A stretch of 63,981 nt of DNA, filler included, from Trypethelium eluteriae (taxonomy: Eukaryota): NCBI GenBank assembly GCA_051942245.1. It is 3 parts of 3 records of this genome, joined end to end, with 100 filler letters (N's around TTAATTAATTAA, not from the genome) between each part and the next. Parts side by side here need not be neighbours in the genome. Positions count along the whole stretch, not along the records: positions 43,201 to 63,981 come from JAVECL010000487.1; 2 more parts are not named here. One strand, given 5' to 3'. The notes under the pieces were generated by a model. It was not told the origin of the DNA. It searched no databases and saw only the letters and a program-made list of their open reading frames with translations. Positions 61,979 through 63,981 of this stretch are shown here, piece after piece. The translations under genes and the position numbers were made by a program. How positions within the stretch are numbered: the first letter of the stretch is position 1; the number at the start of each line of letters is the position of its first letter.

Positions 61979-63674
61979 ATGGCTGATAACAATTCGCAGA
62001 CTTCGGAGCTTTCGCAGACTGCCCAAGAGTAATGTTCATCTATTTGAACCTCAGATTTGTCACTGACATTGTCGCTAGGTACATCAACAGTCAGCTGGAA
62101 TTAGAACAAGAAGCTCGAGAAGCGCTACCATACGTGAGTCGCACGACAACGCGCTGAACAAATTTCGAGACTAATGTATGCTTCAACAGCAATTCGATTC
62201 TTGCACTAAGCCGCTTGGTCCTCTCCGGCAAAGCCTCTTCTCATGCCTCACCTGCAACCCTCCACCTACCTCACCATCAGAGCATTACACCCCGGCCGGC
62301 GTTTGCTACTCTTGCTCAATCTCCTGTCATGGCGAACACCAACTCGTCGAGCTTTTCAATAAGCGCAATTTCGTATGCGACTGTGGCACAACGCGATTGC
62401 CGTCCACCTCGCCATGCTCCCTCCGAACGAATGAGGCAGGGTCCAAAGGAGGTGTACACTCTGAGAAGCCCGCGTCGGAGAACAAATACAATCAGAACTT
62501 TCAAAACCGATTCTGTGGGTGTGGACAAGAATATGACCCTCATACTGAAAAAGGGACCATGTTTCAATGCATTGGGCTTGGTACTGTGGAAGATGGTGGC
62601 TGCGGAGAAGACTGGTGGCATCCAGAGTGTGTAGTCGGTCTACCGCGTGATTGGAACAAGAAGCAGGCATTGACGAAAATACCTGACGCCCAAACTCTCA
62701 GTGGCCTTCCGAATGGGCACGTTCTCAACGGAGAGGTTACTCATGAACGGGATCATGCTGCGAACGGAGACGCAGAGCAAGTAGCTGGAGGTGAAGATGA
62801 TGACCCTCCGATGCCTCCTGGCTTTCCTGCGGAAGAAGAATTTGAACATTTCGTATGCTATAAATGCGTCAAGGCTTTCCCGTGGATTAAGCGATACGCT
62901 GGTACTGAAGGATTCTTACCTGCCGTTCACTACCGACCGCAGAGCCAGGCAATTGAATCCAATGGTGCCGACAACCTGGAGGAAGCATCAGAAACAAGCA
63001 GAAAGCGTAAAGCAGATGACATTGATGATATGCCAAGTGCAGAGTCCTCAACCAAACGCCAAAAGAGTGATGAAGAGGCCGCTGTCAATGGCAACTCCAA
63101 CCATGAGGCAAACACATCCCCCACAATGTCGCCCTGCAAATTTGAGAAACTTCCACCTTCCCCCACCGATTACGTCTCCATCTGTCTAAAGGAAGATTTC
63201 CGTCCGCATCTCTGCCGTTGTCCCAACCACTTCCCTCTTCTCCGAACACATCCCGCTCTCCTCGACGAAGAACCGACCTACTCCCCTCCTCTTTCACGCT
63301 CATCATCACCCGCTCCTGGCTCTGTCGGCTCCCGCTCCCTCCTCGAGCGCGGCGAAGCTGCGCTTAGTAATGTTGATCGTGTACGGGCAATTGAGGGCGT
63401 GATGGTGTACAATCATCTGCGGGACAAGGTCAAGGACTTCTTACGGCCATATGCGGAGAGTGGACAGGCAGTTGGGGCGGAGGATATCAAGCAGTATTTT
63501 GAACGACTGAGGGGAGATCAGGAGGCAATCAAGCAGGCCGGGGAAGGGGTAAATGGAGAGGACGGTGGGACGGATGGAGATGGCGATTCGAGGAGGGAAC
63601 AGAGTGGTAAGTCTCAAGAATCATGCTCTCAAATCATATGAGAACGTGCACTGACATAAGGGATAGGGTATTGA
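61979..63674 (+). CDS. UBR-box plus PHD-like zinc finger protein (UBR7 / S. pombe Mlo2-like)
   Basis: TAQE|YINSQLELEQEAREALPY|QFD.CT...LRQ.LFSCLTC...GVCYSCSISCHGEH.LVELF.KRNF.CDCG, YNQNF...FC.C...MFQC...EDWWHPEC and RAIEG...YNHL.DK.K.FL. Ends EQSG|Y*. Confidence 0.92.
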
Positions 63675-63981
63675 AACTTCTGGATTGGAAGCAGACCTGA
63701 GCCTTTGAGAAGGAGATCTTTGATGATCTGAAGCTCTCATATTTGTGTAATATAGTGACTTCGAAAGCGCATCTAGACACTTTCAAAACTGTATTCTGAT
63801 TTTCTGCTTGCATAATGTCCACCTTCACGACGCCAGTGAAAAGCCACTCTAGTCAATTCTCGTGTGCCTCTTTTCTCATTCTCATTCCCGCATCCGTGAC
63901 TCGTCTAACTATCGATCATCCCTCATCGCTCATCAGTCATCCCTTCTCACTCCCCACTCCCCGCCCTTCCCCTCGTCGCAC

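Overview
Intron-containing, gene-dense genomic DNA of a filamentous ascomycete (Pezizomycotina; the class cannot be fixed from the sequence). It is a scaffold with two artificial 100-base gap spacers (44 N + TTAATTAATTAA + 44 N). About 26 protein-coding loci are supported. Conserved housekeeping genes are TAF6, MRPL49/bL21m, NSA2, MPS1, GRH1, TGS1, TAF1, MCM2, a HAK/KUP K+ transporter and a UBR7/Mlo2-like gene. Metabolic or regulatory genes include a Zn2Cys6 factor, MAPEG, a peroxisomal nitronate monooxygenase-like enzyme, an AIF/AMID-like oxidoreductase, a thiolase-like protein and a GH16. An accessory-looking block at about 14.6-26.2 kb holds an O-methyltransferase, DUF6601 head-to-head with a tandem SesB-like hydrolase carrying one in-frame TAG, a secreted HEXXH protease and an F-box-like/DUF7730-like gene. 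The most unusual signals are: (1) about eight strand-symmetric C/A-rich to G/T-rich composition flips, independent of gene orientation, which are candidate recombination-hotspot or origin footprints; (2) the interrupted active-plus-dead double lipase gene and its membrane-protein neighbour; (3) a 181-bp full-hairpin MITE; (4) a secreted cupredoxin wrapped in (NGNA)n and Q/N repeats; (5) an 82-aa spliced microprotein gene; (6) an identical 15-bp MCB-type element before MCM2 and the UBR7-like gene. No rRNA, tRNA or CRISPR array was seen. All family calls are by motif recognition; no database search was run.
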